Below are positions 60,371 through 64,000 of a stretch of 64,000 nucleotides of DNA, piece by piece. The translations under genes were made by a program, and so were the position numbers. The stretch is from an uncultured delta proteobacterium (GTDB taxonomy: Bacteria > Desulfobacterota > Desulfobacteria > Desulfobacterales > UBA11574), in the NCBI GenBank assembly GCA_963790095.1, contig CAWBNO010000029.1, forward strand, positions 12,418-76,417, read 5' to 3'. The notes under the pieces are model-generated. The model saw only the letters and a program-made list of their open reading frames with translations. It was not told the DNA's origin and searched no databases. The first letter of the stretch is position 1. Every line of letters begins with the position of its first letter.

Positions 60371-61438
60371 ATGACCAAAGTAATGATTCATCCTGCTATC
60401 TATGAGAATGTCCGTCAGGCCGTGGACAGGGCTTTTGAACACTTTCCATTGAAATTGAAGGATAAACGGGTATTAATAAAACCGAATGTTCTTCGGTCTT
60501 CCCATTGGAATGAAGGCATCGTTACGCATCCCTCAGTACTGAAAGCCGTGGTGGAAAAAGTAGAAACAATGGACCCTGCGTCCATCATTGTGGGAGACAA
60601 TCCCGGACTGTTCAGCTATGGCGCAAACGAGGAGAGTTTTGAAAAAACAGGACTGATGGACGCAGCCTGCGGTCATTACGAGAATATCGGGAATGATTCT
60701 GTGAAGGTCGATTTCAATCCCGTTTTTTTACCTTCGGTCAGTCTGTCCAAGGCTGTGGTGGACGCCGATATCATCATTAGTCTGCCGAAATTCAAAACCC
60801 ACGGACTGACGGTGGTCACCGGTGCCATCAAAAACAGTTACGGATTTTTACCGGGTGCACAGAAGGCCAGGCTGCACAAAATTGCAGGGACTCCCCAGCG
60901 CTTCCATGAAATGCTTGTGGATGTCTTTCAACTCCGGGTTCCCGACCTTTTTATTGTGGATGCCGTGGTTGGCATGGAAGGCAACGGTCCGGCCTCACCG
61001 GATCTTAGAGACATCGGTCTGATTTTGGCTTCCGACAATGGCGTAGCACTGGATGCGGTGATTGCGACTCTGATGGGATGTGACCCTGGTCTGCTCCGAT
61101 TCCTTCAGAAGGCAAAGGAAGCGGGCTTAGGGAACTATGATCTCAAAAATATTGAAATACTTGGGGAACTGAAGCCACTGCCTGATTTCAAAATACCGCC
61201 CCTCGGCGGGGAAGCCATTATGCACAATGAGGCCGTGCAGGGAATGCTACTCGATCGAACCCTATTGCGCCCCCAGGTTGATCCGGAGTTGTGCACTGCC
61301 TGTGGTACATGTATTGATCAGTGTCCGGTGTCGGCCCTTTTCATGGATGAGGATATACCCAAAGTGGATGCGGACACGTGCATTACCTGTTTTTGCTGTC
61401 AGGAAATGTGCCCTGAGAAGGCCATTGCTTTGAAATAA
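60371..61438 (+). CDS. DUF362-domain protein with C-terminal 2x[4Fe-4S]
   Basis: IKPN, VTHP, LPKFKTH, AIKN, MEGNGP; two CxxCxxCxxxCP. Confidence 0.9.
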   Translation: MTKVMIHPAIYENVRQAVDRAFEHFPLKLKDKRVLIKPNVLRSSHWNEGIVTHPSVLKAVVEKVETMDPASIIVGDNPGLFSYGANEESFEKTGLMDAACGHYENIGNDSVKVDFNPVFLPSVSLSKAVVDADIIISLPKFKTHGLTVVTGAIKNSYGFLPGAQKARLHKIAGTPQRFHEMLVDVFQLRVPDLFIVDAVVGMEGNGPASPDLRDIGLILASDNGVALDAVIATLMGCDPGLLRFLQKAKEAGLGNYDLKNIEILGELKPLPDFKIPPLGGEAIMHNEAVQGMLLDRTLLRPQVDPELCTACGTCIDQCPVSALFMDEDIPKVDADTCITCFCCQEMCPEKAIALK

Positions 61439-61439
61439 A

Positions 61440-61605
61440 CCCTTGATCACCGATCACTTCTCACTGTTCACATTTCATTGCCCTTTGCCTAAACTTTTTT
61501 CTTAAATGCGCGGTTTTGGCCCCCAAAATGCCCTCTTAAGACCTTATTGGACGCCAAATTTAAACATATTATCAATTATATCGAAATGTTTCTGTAGCCC
61601 GACCT
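61440..61605 (+). repeat. right-island repeat, copy 5 (longest)
   Basis: CCCTTGATCACCGATCAC...ATGTTTCTGTAGCCCG; spans copies 1-4. Confidence 0.85.
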
Positions 61606-61804
61606 CCATTATCATGTCTTTTTATTCTAATTCACAATTCAAGGTTTGACCCCAATTCACTGGTCCCCGATCCCCAGCCGCTGGTCCCTGCCCCCCGACC
61701 CCTGCAAATGGACAAACCTCTTTAAAATATTACGTAAAATAATTTTATGTTGATGAATTCAGAGAAATGATAGTACATTTGTCCATAATGGAGTTGAACG
61801 AACC

Positions 61805-62971
61805 ATGTCAATATTACCCGCAAAATCACAGGTCGTCATCATCGGCAGCGGAATTATCGGCGCCGCCATTGCGTATTACCTGACCCAAAGGGGGATCCGG
61901 GATGTGGCCGTTCTGGAGGCTGGGGAAATCGGCCTTCAGGGGACCACGTCCGCATGTCTGGGGGGCTTGAGAACCCAGTTTTCCACGGCTATCAACATCC
62001 GTTTTTCGTTGATCTCGAGGGAGGTGTTCCGGGGCTTTAAAGACGAGTTCGGCGTTGATCTGAATTTCAAAGCATATGGGTATCTTTTTCTGGCAAAAAC
62101 AGAAGAACAATGGACGGCTTTTGAAAACATGTCGAAGTTGATGAAAACCCTGGACCTTCCGGTGGAATTGCTCACACCCGGAGCCATGGCCCGACGATGG
62201 CCGTTTATCCGGGTGGATGACCTTGTGGGCGGATCCTATACCAAAAACGACGGTTTCTACAGTCCCATAGACGCCCTTCAGGCCTTTGTCAAAAAGGCCC
62301 GGCAGGGCGGGGCCCTGTTCCTGGAAAGGAATCCGGTGGTTGGATTTTCCATTTCAAACCAAAAAGCAATGGGTATGAAAACCCAGAGCGGACACGAGAT
62401 CAAGGCCGATATCGTCGTCAATACCGCCGGACCCTGGGCCGGCGAGGTGGCCGCGCTGGCGGGGCTCGAATTGCCGGTGGCGCCCCTTAAGCGACACCTC
62501 TTTTTTACCGCGCCCTTTGACGCCATTCCGAATGTCTTTCCCATGATCATCGATATGGATTCCGGGTGGTACTTGAAAAGAGAAGGTCAGGGGTTGATTC
62601 TGGGCGGCCCAACCGGCGAAAGATCATTCAGTCAGGATGTCGATTTCAGTGCCGAGGAAAGGACGGCGTTCGAGTCTATCCGCCGGGTGCCGGTTCTGGA
62701 GCAGGCCCGGATGGTTCGGGGCTGGGCAGGCCACTATGAGTTGACCCCGGATCACCATGCGGTCATCGGCGCTTTCCCGGAACTGAAAAATTTCATCTGC
62801 GCGGCCGGTTTTTCCGGCCACGGGTTCCAGCACGCGCCGGCAACCGGCAGAATCGTGGCCGAGCTGATCGTCAACGGCCGCGCCGAAACCGAAGATATTC
62901 ACCCGTTGAGACCCACGCGTTTCAGAGAGAATGACCTGATCCATGAACCCATGACCGCATTCCGGAGTTAG
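61805..62971 (+). CDS. DAO/sarcosine oxidase beta-like FAD oxidoreductase
   Basis: IIGSGIIG, TAGPWA, WAGHYELTPDHH, GFSGHGFQ. Confidence 0.9.
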   Translation: MSILPAKSQVVIIGSGIIGAAIAYYLTQRGIRDVAVLEAGEIGLQGTTSACLGGLRTQFSTAINIRFSLISREVFRGFKDEFGVDLNFKAYGYLFLAKTEEQWTAFENMSKLMKTLDLPVELLTPGAMARRWPFIRVDDLVGGSYTKNDGFYSPIDALQAFVKKARQGGALFLERNPVVGFSISNQKAMGMKTQSGHEIKADIVVNTAGPWAGEVAALAGLELPVAPLKRHLFFTAPFDAIPNVFPMIIDMDSGWYLKREGQGLILGGPTGERSFSQDVDFSAEERTAFESIRRVPVLEQARMVRGWAGHYELTPDHHAVIGAFPELKNFICAAGFSGHGFQHAPATGRIVAELIVNGRAETEDIHPLRPTRFRENDLIHEPMTAFRS

Positions 62972-62973
62972 CC

Positions 62974-64000
62974 TTAAGCCAGTAAATGCACATTTCCGAT
63001 ATGGACATTTCCCAGGCCGGTCTTTTCAGCGGCGGCCTTGCAGCGGAGGGCATGGGATCGCGATGTGGTGGGAAGATCCTGGAGATAAAACTGGGGATAA
63101 AAGGCCAGCAGGCTGTAGGGAATGTCCGGGTCGAGATTTGAAATAAACCCGGCGATTTCTTTTACTTCGGGTTCGTCCACATATCCGGGAACCAAAAGGG
63201 TGCTGGCAATGAGAAACGGCGGCTCGGGTCTTTGGCCGGCCCATTGGGCCAGGGTTTGAAAATTCTCCAGGGTCCGGGCGTTGGTGACCCCGCAAAGGGC
63301 ATGGTGAATTCCGTCGTCCCAGGCCTTTAAATCGAACTTTATGCACCCGCCGGATGCCAGAGACACATCGGCCATCATCTTCAAATAAGGCGGTTGCACG
63401 GATCCGTTGGTTTCCCAGCAGATTCTCAGAATGCGGCCCTTTGCCGCTTTGAGGGCTATTTTCGACGTTTTGACGGCATGGAGAACCTGGGGTGTGGGAT
63501 CGCCGCCGAAATAGCAGATGCAGTTGGTTTTTGGGTCCACCGCCCGGGCCAGTTGTTTTGCCGAGGTTTTTTTAAGGGACGACGTCTTTATTTTAAAATG
63601 GTGGTTCTGGCAGTACAGGCAGTTAAACCCGCAGGCATGGTAGAATACGGCCAGGTTTTTGTACCCGTACTCAGGGCCTCTGGAAACCGCATATTTGGGA
63701 TATCCGCAGCCGGTGCCCCCCGGGCAGACAAAATCCCCCACGCAGTTGGTGGGAAGGGGATCGTGATAAGAATATAAATTTCCTTCGTGGGGTCTCCCGC
63801 CGATAATTCTGTTGTTCTTTACCCGGCGGAGGCCGCAAAAACCGGTTCCGTTTTCAGGGATTTTGCACTCATGGACGCACAGGCCGCAGGCCATGCCGTC
63901 CACGGCATCCGGCGGGGTCTCCGGCAGGTTGTAAGCCCGTCGATTCCGTTGGTGGACCTGCTCGATTTCCGGCCATACCTTGTCAAAATGGGCCCGAATA
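62974..64000 (-). CDS. radical SAM protein, PFL-activase-like (5' end beyond window)
   Basis: CGLCVHEC, CGFNCLYCQN, FGGDP, WETNG, DLKA; frame stays open to the window edge. Confidence 0.85.
   Translation of the reverse strand, partial: IRAHFDKVWPEIEQVHQRNRRAYNLPETPPDAVDGMACGLCVHECKIPENGTGFCGLRRVKNNRIIGGRPHEGNLYSYHDPLPTNCVGDFVCPGGTGCGYPKYAVSRGPEYGYKNLAVFYHACGFNCLYCQNHHFKIKTSSLKKTSAKQLARAVDPKTNCICYFGGDPTPQVLHAVKTSKIALKAAKGRILRICWETNGSVQPPYLKMMADVSLASGGCIKFDLKAWDDGIHHALCGVTNARTLENFQTLAQWAGQRPEPPFLIASTLLVPGYVDEPEVKEIAGFISNLDPDIPYSLLAFYPQFYLQDLPTTSRSHALRCKAAAEKTGLGNVHIGNVHLLA

Noticed and set aside
56257-61605. repeat families as CRISPR arrays
   Set aside because: Units are long, degenerate and separated by whole genes; no short regular spacers and no cas genes.

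Overview
Bacterial chromosomal window that looks like a sulfate-reducing deltaproteobacterium (Desulfobacterales-like; inferred from gene content). Layout: (1) 1-8.1 kb is an AT-rich accessory mosaic with small genes, a five-copy ~150-bp intergenic repeat, a degenerate attC site, a MITE, an IS110 remnant, a phage-like remnant and two candidate ncRNAs. (2) 8.3-27 kb holds PfpI, a formyl-THF hydrolase-like gene and a minus-strand redox operon: split Sec-HdrA', NuoE/NuoF-like subunits, a NuoG-HdrA fusion, Sec-MvhD, an Fe-S subunit and Sec-FdhA, next to a sigma54 two-component cluster with a heme-c sensor kinase. (3) 27-53 kb is mostly core genes: comM, lpxC, ntrYX-like, rsmD, coaD, two divergent TPP riboswitches with thiD and a ThiXYZ-like ABC transporter, tRNA-Ala, ppiD-like, prmA, ppnP. 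(4) 53-64 kb is a second accessory mosaic with decayed integron cassettes, a RAYT remnant, a pseudogene and another five-copy intergenic repeat. Four in-frame UGA codons appear to encode selenocysteine; two of those genes (296-496 and 19167-19568) are absent from the ORF track. All calls come from reading the sequence by eye; no searches were run.
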